IMG/VR virus record: IMGVR_UViG_3300032018_000005
Span: 239 to 64,238 of that record
DNA: 64,000 nucleotides
Reading direction: 5' to 3' (one strand)
Source of the DNA: a virus
Taxonomy: Duplodnaviria; Caudoviricetes
Of this stretch, positions 10,352 to 20,161 are shown one piece after another. Numbering within the stretch: the first letter of the stretch is position 1; every line of letters starts with the position of its first letter. A model generated the notes under the pieces. It made no database searches. It saw nothing but the letters and a program-made list of their open reading frames with translations, and had not been told where the DNA came from. The translations under genes were made by a program, and so were the position numbers.

Positions 10352-11356
10352 ATGGAATTGGTGCATGTAATTACAGACACGTCGGTAATGGTGATGGATG
10401 CCACTAATGGTAGAACGGTAACGTTTTTCAGTGATGATCCGAGGTATATTGAAGCTACTTCTCTTATTAAAGAAGGTAATGTTATTTCCGTATTTAAATT
10501 GGATACAAAATCGAAAATAGAATCATTCATTGAAGATAGCGATGATTATGCTATATCCATATCCATTGAGGATGGTATTGGTGTTATTATACTACATGAA
10601 TTTAATGATATGAGAGTAGAATTACAATCGGCAATTACTGATAGAATTATTAAAATGTCTTCTCAGGGGTTTGATACTTACCCCTTGACGAATTTTATTT
10701 CTAATCTTTATCGTAATCCATCTCCAACAGCTATTTCGGAATTGTATATGTTCCTAAATTCTTGTGAATTGCCAATTACCGATGACGGTTGTTTTATCGC
10801 GTATAAAATGGTGAAGTATGATTACTGTGATATTTACTCTGGTACAATTATCAATACAGTAGGTGAAGTAGTATCTATGCCACGTTCAATGGTTGATGAT
10901 AATAGAGACAATACTTGCTCCAAAGGATTGCATTTCTGCTCTAAAGATTATCTTCCTTATTATGGCCAAACACAAGGTACTCGTTGTATGTTGGTTAAAA
11001 TCGACCCAGCAGATGTTGTGTCGATCCCATCAGATTACAATAACGCTAAAGGTCGCACATGGCGATATGAAGTAGTTGGTGAAGTTGCTGATATGTGGCG
11101 AGACAAACTGAAAGACGCAGATTACACCAATTCTGCTGTTGTTTCGCCAAACAGATTCGTAATCGATGAATGTGATGACAGCAATGAATGTGATGAAAGT
11201 GGTGTTCTTGCATTCGAAGAGGGATATGCCGACGGATATAAGGACGGGAAAAATAAAATCCCATTTATTCCAGCTTCTAATATGTCTAATTACGATCGTG
11301 GATATGATATCGGGTATAAAGATGGTCGAAATAAACGTAAAAAGCAATATAATTAA
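10352..11356 (+). CDS. rIIB: rIIB protein
   Basis: LPITDDGCFIAYK, CSKGLHFCS, DVVSIPSDYNNAKGRTWRYEV. Confidence 0.92.
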   Translation: MELVHVITDTSVMVMDATNGRTVTFFSDDPRYIEATSLIKEGNVISVFKLDTKSKIESFIEDSDDYAISISIEDGIGVIILHEFNDMRVELQSAITDRIIKMSSQGFDTYPLTNFISNLYRNPSPTAISELYMFLNSCELPITDDGCFIAYKMVKYDYCDIYSGTIINTVGEVVSMPRSMVDDNRDNTCSKGLHFCSKDYLPYYGQTQGTRCMLVKIDPADVVSIPSDYNNAKGRTWRYEVVGEVADMWRDKLKDADYTNSAVVSPNRFVIDECDDSNECDESGVLAFEEGYADGYKDGKNKIPFIPASNMSNYDRGYDIGYKDGRNKRKKQYN

Positions 11357-11365
11357 GGAGAAGAT

Positions 11366-11560
11366 ATGAAGCTAGTATTTATTTTCCTGTCAGCGATTAT
11401 GCTGGCAGGGTGTGGTAAGCATGGTAAGCAGTATCAAGCTGATGCTGCCTTCGCTGGAGCAAGTGAAATTTGTTATCAAGGTGTATCTTATATACAATTT
11501 ACATCCGGGACTTCCGTGAAGTATCTGCCTGATGGCAAAATCTCAACATGCGTAAAATAG
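11366..11560 (+). CDS. Small lipoprotein
   Basis: Signal peptide with LAGC lipobox. Confidence 0.65.
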   Translation: MKLVFIFLSAIMLAGCGKHGKQYQADAAFAGASEICYQGVSYIQFTSGTSVKYLPDGKISTCVK

Positions 11561-11572
11561 TTAGGGGGTATT

Positions 11573-11878
11573 ATGGCTAAGACAGGTGGCGGTAAAAACG
11601 GTGGTAAACAGAAGTTCTGGCGCAAATGTGCTAAGAAAATGTTTGATGGTAGTACAGCAATAAGAACAGGAAGAAATCTGAAAAATGCAATGAATGGGAC
11701 AAATCATCCAGGATTCCTTCTTCCTATTCATGTTTGGTTATTCAAGAGTGCAGGAATTTCCACACCCGTTCTTGATTCTAGTATCATTCAAAAGTATAAT
11801 AGTAATATAGCAGAAGATCAATCTGTTGTAGATGCTGAAATAATTACTAGTGAAAGGAATGAAATTGCAACTATCTAA
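11573..11878 (+). CDS. Hypothetical protein
   Basis: ORF with RBS, in operon. Confidence 0.6.
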   Translation: MAKTGGGKNGGKQKFWRKCAKKMFDGSTAIRTGRNLKNAMNGTNHPGFLLPIHVWLFKSAGISTPVLDSSIIQKYNSNIAEDQSVVDAEIITSERNEIATI

Positions 11879-12533
11879 AATAACTAGAGACATCCTCTCT
11901 AACTTTTCAAAAATAAATTCTAATCTTGTTATTCGTAAAGGTAAGAAAGTAGCAACTATTTCATCTGGGAAAGATATCATTGCATATTTTGATGGGGATG
12001 ATGAATTCACTGCACAAATGTCAATATTCAACTTGAATGAATTTTTGGGAGTATTGAGTGCGTTTGATAATCCAGACTTGGAACTACAAACCAAGTATGT
12101 GACTATTACACAAGGTAAACAAAAAGTATCTTACATTTATGCAGATGAGAGTTTGCTTATTCTGCCACCCGAAAAAGAAATCAAATTTCCAGTTTCGGAT
12201 ATATCTTTTTCGTTGGATGATGATATAATTAATAAGCTTCAAAAGATGTCAGGTATCTTAGCTGCTGAAGATTTGGCCGTTGTTGGTAATAGTAAAAAGA
12301 TTGTTTTAAAAGTATTCAATAAAAGCAATCCATCTGCAACTTCTTTTGAACTTGAAACCGATGTAGATACCGATGAAGAATTTCAGGTCAATTTCAAAAT
12401 CGAAAAATTGAAATTATATCCTGGAAATTATACCGTTGATATCTCAAATAAAAAGATTTCAAGGTTTGCTCACGATAGCGGTAAACTTGTATATTTTATT
12501 GCTATTGAAGCAGATTCTGTATTTTCGGTATAG
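11859..12533 (+). CDS. gp45: Sliding clamp gp45
   Basis: LSKITRDILSNFSKINSNL...IFNLNEFLGVLS...YFIAIE. Confidence 0.93.
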   Translation: MKLQLSKITRDILSNFSKINSNLVIRKGKKVATISSGKDIIAYFDGDDEFTAQMSIFNLNEFLGVLSAFDNPDLELQTKYVTITQGKQKVSYIYADESLLILPPEKEIKFPVSDISFSLDDDIINKLQKMSGILAAEDLAVVGNSKKIVLKVFNKSNPSATSFELETDVDTDEEFQVNFKIEKLKLYPGNYTVDISNKKISRFAHDSGKLVYFIAIEADSVFSV

Positions 12534-12584
12534 TCTTGTCCTTGAGCAAGGCAATATGTAATCTAAATGCAGCAAATAATGTCC

Positions 12585-12765
12585 TTCGTATTGGTCAATT
12601 TGACTGCTACGGTGACAATAAAGTCGCACGCAATAGGCGACTTGGGAGAAATCCCATTGGCCCTACAGAAAATGACTAGTAAAATCGAGAGGTCTGGCAT
12701 ATTATTGTCAGTTGGTCATGGGAGTGGGCAAGCTGCACGATCTTTAGTCTCGTGCAGTAGTTGAC
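12585..12765 (+). ncRNA. Unassigned structured RNA of about 180 nt, copy 1
   Basis: Multiple helices; near-identical copy at 58741-58923. Confidence 0.7.
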
Positions 12766-12777
12766 GGAGACACACAA

Positions 12778-12990
12778 ATGACACAGGAGAATCAAATGAC
12801 ACAGGAGAATCAAATGACACAAAAGACACAAAAGCATGGCGCAAATGACACACGATATTTTTGGGTTGTTTCAGTTAAAGGCGAAGGAAAAAAGGCATAT
12901 CGTAGCCGCCACGCTACTTCTACAGGTGTTAGATCACAATTTCGTCGGATGGGTAAGACGGTAATTGGTATTAGCACTCTAAAGATGTAA
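12778..12990 (+). CDS. Hypothetical protein with N-terminal MTQENQ repeats
   Basis: ORF; 18-bp tandem repeat caaatgacacaggagaat. Confidence 0.55.
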   Translation: MTQENQMTQENQMTQKTQKHGANDTRYFWVVSVKGEGKKAYRSRHATSTGVRSQFRRMGKTVIGISTLKM

Positions 12991-13069
12991 CTATCAACGA
13001 AGTTGAGGTTGTAGGTCAGTGATAGACACCACTATAAAAGGTCTTCCCTCATTTATACGATAAAATATT

Positions 13070-13996
13070 ATGATCTTAAGTGAAAAATACCGCCCAAAAC
13101 TAATAGATGATTGTATATTGCCAGAATCGACAAAAGAAATAATCAAAGGTCTGATATCTACTGGTAATGTTCCGACTATGATGTTTGTTGGTGGTGCCGG
13201 ATGCGGAAAAACTACATTAGCAAGAGCCATTGCAAATGAATTAAATGCAGATTTGATGTTCGTTAATGCTTCATTAGAAGGCATTGATGCTATCAGAACA
13301 AAAATAACACAATTTGCATCTACCGTATCATTTACGGATGCAAAAAAGATAACTATTCTGGATGAGGCTGATGGTCTTCATCAAGGAGCACAACAAGCCC
13401 TTCGTGGATTTATTGAAGAGTTTAGTGGCAACCATAGCATAATTTTTACTGCTAATTTTTCTGCTAAAATTATACCTGCAATTCATAGCAGATGTAAAGT
13501 GATTGATTTTAAAATAAGCAATAAAGAGAAGCCAACAATAGCATTGAAGTTCCTTAAACGGCTTATAATGATTCTTGATAAAGAAGATATCAAATACGAA
13601 AAGGAAGCTGTTGCAGCCCTTGTGATGAAGAAATTTCCAGACTTTCGATCAGTGCTGAATGAAATACAAGGATATGCTGCTGGTGGTAAAATAGATTCTG
13701 GGATATTGCTTAATTTATCTGAGGAATCCTTTAATGCTCTGATAACTTCGTTGAAGGCTAAAAAGTTCAGTGAGGTTCGTAAATGGGTAGCAGAACATTC
13801 AGATTTAGAATCTACACATTTATTTCGGATGTTTTATGATACTGCTTTACCATTACTTGAACAAAAATCAGTAGCAGAATTGATTTTACATTTATGGGAT
13901 TTTTCTTACAAAGATTATTTCGTCGCAGACAAAGAAATCAGTCGTATGGCATTTTTGACTACTATAATGATATCTAATGGGATTATTTGGAAATGA
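13070..13996 (+). CDS. gp44: Clamp loader large subunit gp44
   Basis: EKYRP, GGAGCGKTT, LDEAD, SRC motifs. Confidence 0.95.
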   Translation: MILSEKYRPKLIDDCILPESTKEIIKGLISTGNVPTMMFVGGAGCGKTTLARAIANELNADLMFVNASLEGIDAIRTKITQFASTVSFTDAKKITILDEADGLHQGAQQALRGFIEEFSGNHSIIFTANFSAKIIPAIHSRCKVIDFKISNKEKPTIALKFLKRLIMILDKEDIKYEKEAVAALVMKKFPDFRSVLNEIQGYAAGGKIDSGILLNLSEESFNALITSLKAKKFSEVRKWVAEHSDLESTHLFRMFYDTALPLLEQKSVAELILHLWDFSYKDYFVADKEISRMAFLTTIMISNGIIWK

Positions 13997-14205
13997 GTAT
14001 GTTTAATAAGAAATGGCGTATTGTCACTGACTTTTATTTGGGGTATGAAATACAATGCAAATTATGGTATTGGCCATTTTGGGTGATGCCCGCATTGAAT
14101 ACTTCAGCAACATTAGAATCTGCTAAAAAGAAGCTCGAAGGATATAAACATCCTGCTAAAAAGAAGCTTGAAAGATATAAACAGACTGTAGTATATACCG
14201 AATGA
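13987..14205 (+). CDS. Hypothetical protein
   Basis: ORF overlapping its neighbours. Confidence 0.55.
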   Translation: MEMSMFNKKWRIVTDFYLGYEIQCKLWYWPFWVMPALNTSATLESAKKKLEGYKHPAKKKLERYKQTVVYTE

Positions 14206-14711
14206 AAACATTTTTAATTAGTGACCATCATTGGGGACATTCCAATATTCTCACATTCAAACGACACGATGGATCGCCGTTAAGACAATTCGGATCATGT
14301 GTTGAAATGGACGAATATATGATAGAATGTTGGAATAAAACAATATCACCAATTGATAAAGTTTACCATTTGGGAGATGTCTGTTTCCATAACAGAGTAT
14401 TAGATGCAATTCTACCAAGACTTAATGGTAGTAAAATTTTGATAAAAGGCAATCACGATAATTTAGAAGTTTCTCAATATATGAAATACTTTAAAGACAT
14501 TCGCGCATATGATAGATTAGATACTTTTGTCCTCAGTCATATACCGATTCATCAAGAAAGTATAAGTAATAAAACGACTGCAAATATCCATGGACATACC
14601 CATTATCGGTGTTTAGACGATACACGATATTTTAATGTTTCAGTTGAGGCTCGTGATTATTTCCCAGTAGATTTTGAGAGTATTCGGTCATATTATAAAA
14701 ATGGCAACTAA
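14202..14711 (+). CDS. Calcineurin-like metallophosphoesterase
   Basis: SDHHWGH, HLGD, GNHD, HGHTH. Confidence 0.88.
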   Translation: MKTFLISDHHWGHSNILTFKRHDGSPLRQFGSCVEMDEYMIECWNKTISPIDKVYHLGDVCFHNRVLDAILPRLNGSKILIKGNHDNLEVSQYMKYFKDIRAYDRLDTFVLSHIPIHQESISNKTTANIHGHTHYRCLDDTRYFNVSVEARDYFPVDFESIRSYYKNGN

Positions 14712-15072
14712 ACCGTTCGATATAGTTAAATCGTTATCAAATAAAACTGATTTAGAATACCCAATCGCTGATTATGATCCTTGGATAATTAATCGGGCAT
14801 TTTCTAATACAATTGATACTATTTTCTTCGCAGAAATATGCAATAGATATTACGAATCACCAAAAGATATCCAAAGAGACTTCTATAAATATGCAGTACC
14901 AAAAGGGAAAAGATTTGGTACTTGGTATAAAGCAGATATAAATACCACAGTAGACTTGATAATGAATCACTATCAAGTAAACAGAAAAGTGGCTGAAGGA
15001 TACCTCAAAATTATGAGTAGCCGCGCCGTTGAAGAATTAAAAGAAAAAACCAACACAGGCGGAAGAAAATGA
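14701..15072 (+). CDS. gp62: Clamp loader small subunit gp62
   Basis: KPFDIVKS...YDPWIINRAFS...DTIFFA...GG end; precedes regA. Confidence 0.88.
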   Translation: MATKPFDIVKSLSNKTDLEYPIADYDPWIINRAFSNTIDTIFFAEICNRYYESPKDIQRDFYKYAVPKGKRFGTWYKADINTTVDLIMNHYQVNRKVAEGYLKIMSSRAVEELKEKTNTGGRK

Positions 15073-15491
15073 ACGATGAATTTGCAATTGGTATAAAGAT
15101 AGAACTTAAAGACCCAGAATCGTTTTTGTTGGTGAAAGAAACTCTCACCCGGATAGGAGTAGCATCGAATAAAACAAAATCTTTATACCAGAGTGTAAAT
15201 ATTCTACATAAACGAGGAGAATATTATCTGGTGCATTTCAAAGAACTGTTTATATTGGATGGTAAAGAATCCAATATATCAGAAGATGACTTGAATCGAC
15301 GCAATTTAATTGCTAAACTATTAGAAGATTGGGGATTGGTTATGATAGTAGAAAAGGAAGATATTGCTACTGTTGCTCCACTTTCCTCAGTCAAAATAAT
15401 CAGCTATAAAGACAAAGATAGCTGGAATTTGGTGTCGAAATACACCGTGGGTAGTAAATTAACTAAAGGAGAAGTAAATGGAAACAAGTAA
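15069..15491 (+). CDS. regA: Translational repressor RegA
   Basis: FLLVKETLTRIGVAS...LYQSVNILHKRGEYYLVHFKELF. Confidence 0.95.
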   Translation: MNDEFAIGIKIELKDPESFLLVKETLTRIGVASNKTKSLYQSVNILHKRGEYYLVHFKELFILDGKESNISEDDLNRRNLIAKLLEDWGLVMIVEKEDIATVAPLSSVKIISYKDKDSWNLVSKYTVGSKLTKGEVNGNK

Positions 15492-15675
15492 GAATGTGGT
15501 GTTCAGTCTCGAAGAAGTAAACAATATCTTGACTTATCTAGGTGATGTACCTGCTAAGTTTTCTCTTGACTTGATTACGTTTATTCGTACCAAGGCACAG
15601 GAGCAAGTAGGAGATGAAAGCACCAGCACCGCAGATGCGTCTCCTGTATCAGATGCAGAAGTAGTACCCTCTTAA
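15478..15675 (+). CDS. Hypothetical protein
   Basis: ORF with GGAG RBS. Confidence 0.6.
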   Translation: METSKNVVFSLEEVNNILTYLGDVPAKFSLDLITFIRTKAQEQVGDESTSTADASPVSDAEVVPS

Positions 15676-15690
15676 TTAAGGAATCAACCC

Positions 15691-16155
15691 ATGGCATTCA
15701 TAGCAAATTATACCGATAGCGAAAATACGTTCAACGATGTCACAATAAGATTGGGTAGAATTTGGGGGTCAAAAACCGAAAATTGGAATGCATGGGTTGA
15801 TGTATTTGAAAATGCTACAAGTGAAGCAAAAATCGCTACATTTGCAGTAAATGTCAAATATGTAGAAGGAGAAAATCCATATCCAGTTTTATATAAAGCT
15901 GCTAGTGAGCTATTACATTTTACGAATGTTGTACACGATGATTCGACCAACAAATTAGATATCGATAATACAATGAAATTCGATGTGTCGGCTCATAGTA
16001 CGGTTGTACCAACTATTCCTGTTATTTCTGATGCACCTGTTATTTCTGATGTCCCATTAACTGTGACCAAAACACCGGAACTTACAGAGAATATTCTGCG
16101 TGAAGCTTCGTCTCCAGTACATAAAAAAAAGAAATCTAAAAAAACAAGTGGATGA
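15691..16155 (+). CDS. Hypothetical protein
   Basis: ORF with AAGGA RBS. Confidence 0.6.
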   Translation: MAFIANYTDSENTFNDVTIRLGRIWGSKTENWNAWVDVFENATSEAKIATFAVNVKYVEGENPYPVLYKAASELLHFTNVVHDDSTNKLDIDNTMKFDVSAHSTVVPTIPVISDAPVISDVPLTVTKTPELTENILREASSPVHKKKKSKKTSG

Positions 16156-16375
16156 TTTCAAAATATTCTCTCTTGATGTGAAAGAGAGATGTGGATATGA
16201 ATTTAAAATAAGTTCCAATAATTTTGATGGTGGAGTGATTGTTATTTCTAAAAATGATTTTCATCGATATTTCACCATCAAGTCTTTTCCAGATGCTAAA
16301 TCAGCAAGAGAATGGATTGATGATCTGGTATCTTCAACGAGAAATATATACAAAGTTATTCTGTCTAACAAATAG
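16148..16375 (+). CDS. Hypothetical protein
   Basis: ORF track 16100..16375; likely GTG start overlapping the upstream stop. Confidence 0.5.
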   Translation: MDDFKIFSLDVKERCGYEFKISSNNFDGGVIVISKNDFHRYFTIKSFPDAKSAREWIDDLVSSTRNIYKVILSNK

Positions 16376-16393
16376 TGAAAGTGGTGATTGATT

Positions 16394-17266
16394 ATGATAA
16401 GACTAGCGCAGAAACCATTCCTTTCGGTTCAAGGTGAAGGTCCACGTACTGGCAAATTGACCATATTTGTTAGATTCTTTGGGTGTAATTTGCGATGTCC
16501 TGGGTTTTTTCAATCAGACCCAACAAATCCAGAATCGTATATAATACCAATCAAAGCAGACCCAAAATCATTTAACACATTGAATGATTTCCATACTGTT
16601 GAGTATGGCTGCGATACACTTTATGCTATCGACCCAAATTACAAACACCTAGCTATAACATACGAAACCACACGGGCATTGGTAGAGGAGATAGAATCTC
16701 TTTTACCGAAAAACAGCAGTGGATATCCTACTTGGACACACCCAGTAACATATAACGAATATGATATCTGTTTTACTGGTGGTGAGCCGTTACTTCATCA
16801 GCAAGTAATTGAAGATATTCTTTCTGTGTTACATGAGGACACACGTTTCACTTATCCTGATTATGTACAATTCGAGACAAATGGGACTAAAGAATTGACT
16901 GCTGAATTGGCAAAAGAATTGAGAAGTTGGTTTGTGTTATTTAATGTATCACCAAAGCTTTTTTCTGTTTCTGGTGAGCCTTCTGATAAAGCGTGGTTTC
17001 CAGATATTATTAAAAGATATCATCAATATGGTAAAGTGTCCCTTAAATTCGTTGTGAATAATACAGACATAGCGTTCATTGAGTTATATGAAAAAACAAA
17101 ATCTATGGGAGGAATCCCCATATATATCATGCCAGTAGGAAGTTCATTTACACAACAAACCGATTATGCTACAATAAGCGCAATTGCTACTAAAGCGATT
17201 GAGCGAGGTTATCATGTCAGTGGTAGACTTCATTGTATTTTATTTGGAAATGATATTGAGAGATAA
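16394..17266 (+). CDS. queE: 7-carboxy-7-deazaguanine synthase QueE (radical SAM)
   Basis: FLSVQGEG...FVRFFGCNLRC...GCDT, TGGEPL, ETNGT, VSPKL, RLH. Confidence 0.9.
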   Translation: MIRLAQKPFLSVQGEGPRTGKLTIFVRFFGCNLRCPGFFQSDPTNPESYIIPIKADPKSFNTLNDFHTVEYGCDTLYAIDPNYKHLAITYETTRALVEEIESLLPKNSSGYPTWTHPVTYNEYDICFTGGEPLLHQQVIEDILSVLHEDTRFTYPDYVQFETNGTKELTAELAKELRSWFVLFNVSPKLFSVSGEPSDKAWFPDIIKRYHQYGKVSLKFVVNNTDIAFIELYEKTKSMGGIPIYIMPVGSSFTQQTDYATISAIATKAIERGYHVSGRLHCILFGNDIER

Positions 17267-17267
17267 T

Positions 17268-17525
17268 ATGAAATTGAATACTGGTACGGAAGTTGATATA
17301 TGTGGATCAATTCAAGTTGAAAATAATAATTATCTGGTAGTCAAATTACCTAATGCAGTATATATCAATGGTTTATTGGCCAGACATGTATTGGTTAGAC
17401 AATATGAATTCGAGGAATATTGCGATCAAGTAAAAAAAGAATCGAATGAGCTTACTACCATACCACACACAGAAGAAGTAGTGGTATGCGAAGAACAGAA
17501 AGAATCAAATGAGTCTATGGATTGA
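17268..17525 (+). CDS. Hypothetical protein
   Basis: ORF between queE and the primase. Confidence 0.55.
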   Translation: MKLNTGTEVDICGSIQVENNNYLVVKLPNAVYINGLLARHVLVRQYEFEEYCDQVKKESNELTTIPHTEEVVVCEEQKESNESMD

Positions 17526-18516
17526 AGAGACATATCTTAAACTTATTGGTCATAGATTAACAAGATTTTCGCAGATTGATACACATCGGTGGAAATGTTC
17601 TTGTCCAATATGTGGAGATTCTGCGAAAAAGAAAAATAAAACCAGATGTTATTTTGGTGTGAAAACTGGAAAGTTGATGCTCCATTGTTTCAATTGTAAT
17701 GCAGGTAAACAATTCTCAACATTTTTGCGAGAATTCGATAATAATTTATATCAACAGTTTATACTTGAAACATTTAAAGACAATCTCAATACTGATAGCA
17801 GAAATCTTGAGAATATTATGAAACATATCCCAGAAACAAAAAAATATATACCGGATATTTTTGCTGATTTACCTTTAGTTAGTAGCATGGATAGTAAAAG
17901 TCTTGTTTATATATTCAGCGAACAGAGAAAATTGCCAATCGACACATTCGAATTTCACTTTGCTGTAAATTTTGTGGACTGGGCAAAAGGACATACCGAA
18001 AAATTTAATTCATGGAGAGGCAAAGATCATTCTAGGTTGATAATTCCTTGGAGAGACAGGGAAGCAAAAATTATAGGATATTCTGCTAGAGCATTGGATA
18101 ACTCACAAGAGCAAAAGTATTATCGTATTTTCTTAGACGATTCATCCAAAGAGAAATATTTTGGTATTGATAGATTTGATGCATCCGAACAGGTATATGT
18201 ACTAGAAGGTGAAATTGACAGTTTGATGATACCAAATGCAATTGCTGTAGGTAATGGTAAATTACATTCTTATATGAATAAAGATGCGATTTACATACCG
18301 GATTCAGATACCAGAAATCCACATATTATGCGAGGAGTCCGCGAAATGATAGATGTTGGGCTGAGAGTATGTTTGTTACCGACAGATTTACCAAAAGACC
18401 TAAACGAAATGGCTCAAAATGGTTTTACTTGTGACGAAATAATTGATATAATTAATGGCAACACAGTACAAGGACTTGCGGCAAAAATGAAATTTTCAAC
18501 ATGGAAGGGGTGCTGA
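17509..18516 (+). CDS. gp61: DNA primase gp61
   Basis: CPICGDS...HCFNC zinc finger, EGEIDS TOPRIM, KDLNEM. Confidence 0.93.
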   Translation: MSLWIEETYLKLIGHRLTRFSQIDTHRWKCSCPICGDSAKKKNKTRCYFGVKTGKLMLHCFNCNAGKQFSTFLREFDNNLYQQFILETFKDNLNTDSRNLENIMKHIPETKKYIPDIFADLPLVSSMDSKSLVYIFSEQRKLPIDTFEFHFAVNFVDWAKGHTEKFNSWRGKDHSRLIIPWRDREAKIIGYSARALDNSQEQKYYRIFLDDSSKEKYFGIDRFDASEQVYVLEGEIDSLMIPNAIAVGNGKLHSYMNKDAIYIPDSDTRNPHIMRGVREMIDVGLRVCLLPTDLPKDLNEMAQNGFTCDEIIDIINGNTVQGLAAKMKFSTWKGC

Positions 18517-18710
18517 TGGACAACGCTTTATATTTTATTAAATATATTATTGGTGCTATATTTTTACTTATTGGTATATTGGTTGGTGTCCCAGTAATTG
18601 TCCTGACGATACCTACCGTAGTGACTTTTGCTATAACTGTTGGTTTGGCGTATTTGATACCCATGTCATTTATTATCGTTGGTTTGAGTTTACTGGAAAT
18701 TAAAGTATGA
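18516..18710 (+). CDS. Small membrane protein
   Basis: Two hydrophobic stretches. Confidence 0.55.
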   Translation: MDNALYFIKYIIGAIFLLIGILVGVPVIVLTIPTVVTFAITVGLAYLIPMSFIIVGLSLLEIKV

Positions 18711-19015
18711 AACCCGAACTGATAGAAATAGTAAAAGAAATAAAGCGGCGCACCAATCTAAATAATGCATATCTCGATACGGTACCATCTGAATTTATTG
18801 GATGCGTATATGATAATGATTATGCCAATAATAACGGAGTTATTGCCGATATTATGGCCAAGGCATTGTTTGGTGATATGTATGATGAAATTGGATGGTT
18901 TTGGTATGAATGGAAACCAAATAATGCAACAACACCACATTTAATATTAGTAGACGGTACTGAATATATTTTTAACACAGAAGAACAATATTACGTTTAT
19001 TTGAGAGGGCAATAA
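18707..19015 (+). CDS. Hypothetical protein
   Basis: Translationally coupled ORF. Confidence 0.6.
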   Translation: MKPELIEIVKEIKRRTNLNNAYLDTVPSEFIGCVYDNDYANNNGVIADIMAKALFGDMYDEIGWFWYEWKPNNATTPHLILVDGTEYIFNTEEQYYVYLRGQ

Positions 19016-19272
19016 TGAGTACAGTAAAATTTAAGGTCACAGATGTTAGTCATCCATATGAATCATCATATATCACAATTGACACAGATAATTGGGAAAC
19101 ACAAGCTGATTGTTTCTTTCGATTTCTTTTATCGCAAGGGTTTATTCTTAGCGAAAAAGATATGAGCGATTTTTTCTTAACACGGGCAAGTGAAATGTCT
19201 GATTTGCGGAGCAATTATAGAGATCCTGTACAGAATTATTCGAATTCCTCAGTTAGCGAGTGTGGGATTTAA
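19015..19272 (+). CDS. Hypothetical protein
   Basis: Translationally coupled ORF. Confidence 0.6.
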   Translation: MSTVKFKVTDVSHPYESSYITIDTDNWETQADCFFRFLLSQGFILSEKDMSDFFLTRASEMSDLRSNYRDPVQNYSNSSVSECGI

Positions 19273-19935
19273 ATGAAAATAATTAAACCATCTTTTGAGA
19301 TATTGGGATATACTCCAAATATAACTAAGATTATTGAAATGGGCATCCGTACCGCATATAAATCAGAAGATAAAATAAAAGACGGTAGTGATGTTGAAAT
19401 AATCGAAAGAATTAAGAATTTTAAACACGAAAGCACATTAGAACATGGTAGCATAACAGTTAAGTTTGTTACTGATCGTGGAGTGACTCATGAATTGGTT
19501 AGACATCGTATAGCATCGTTCACCCAAGAGAGCACTAGGTACTGTAATTATGGGAAAGATAAATTCGATAATCAAGTAACTTTTATCGAACCATTCTTCT
19601 TTAACGATAGACCATTACTAATGAAAGCATGGGAATGTACATGTGGTTTTGCAGAAGAAATTTATCTTGATATGATCGAACAAAAGGCAAAACCACAGGA
19701 AGCGCGTTCAATCTTACCGAATTCACTGAAGACAGAGATTGTAGTTACTGCTAATCCAAGAGAATGGCGCCATATATTCGAGTTGCGTACTAATCAAGCA
19801 GCACATCCACAGATTAGGCAACTTATGTGTCCTCTTTTGAACGAATTCAGGCAATTGTGGCCGGTACTTTTTGATGATGTTGGTTCCACAGACCACGAGT
19901 GTCCTGCAATTAAAATAATTGGAGATATTGAATAA
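19273..19935 (+). CDS. thyX: Flavin-dependent thymidylate synthase ThyX
   Basis: HESTLEH, ELVRHRIASFTQESTRY (RHRx7S), ARSILP. Confidence 0.95.
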   Translation: MKIIKPSFEILGYTPNITKIIEMGIRTAYKSEDKIKDGSDVEIIERIKNFKHESTLEHGSITVKFVTDRGVTHELVRHRIASFTQESTRYCNYGKDKFDNQVTFIEPFFFNDRPLLMKAWECTCGFAEEIYLDMIEQKAKPQEARSILPNSLKTEIVVTANPREWRHIFELRTNQAAHPQIRQLMCPLLNEFRQLWPVLFDDVGSTDHECPAIKIIGDIE

Positions 19936-20156
19936 TGTGCAAATACCATCTTAATCACTTAGAACGAGGTATTGTATGCTCAGATACAGGAGAGATAGTT
20001 AGACCATCTTGTTGGGTGGATTTGGTGCCATATTATTCTTACTTGGTTGGTCTTAAAGGACACAAAAAAGATGCTAATTGTCTTTTGAAGAGAGTATTCA
20101 AGGGAGAAAAAGTCATTTCAGATATGATAATTGCATCGCATCAATTACATAGGTAA
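19935..20156 (+). CDS. Hypothetical protein
   Basis: Translationally coupled ORF. Confidence 0.5.
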   Translation: MCKYHLNHLERGIVCSDTGEIVRPSCWVDLVPYYSYLVGLKGHKKDANCLLKRVFKGEKVISDMIIASHQLHR

Positions 20157-20161
20157 ACAAA

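Noticed and set aside
12567-12764. 65-aa ORF over the structured RNA
   Set aside because: No RBS, and the second copy carries a frame-breaking indel, so conservation is at RNA level
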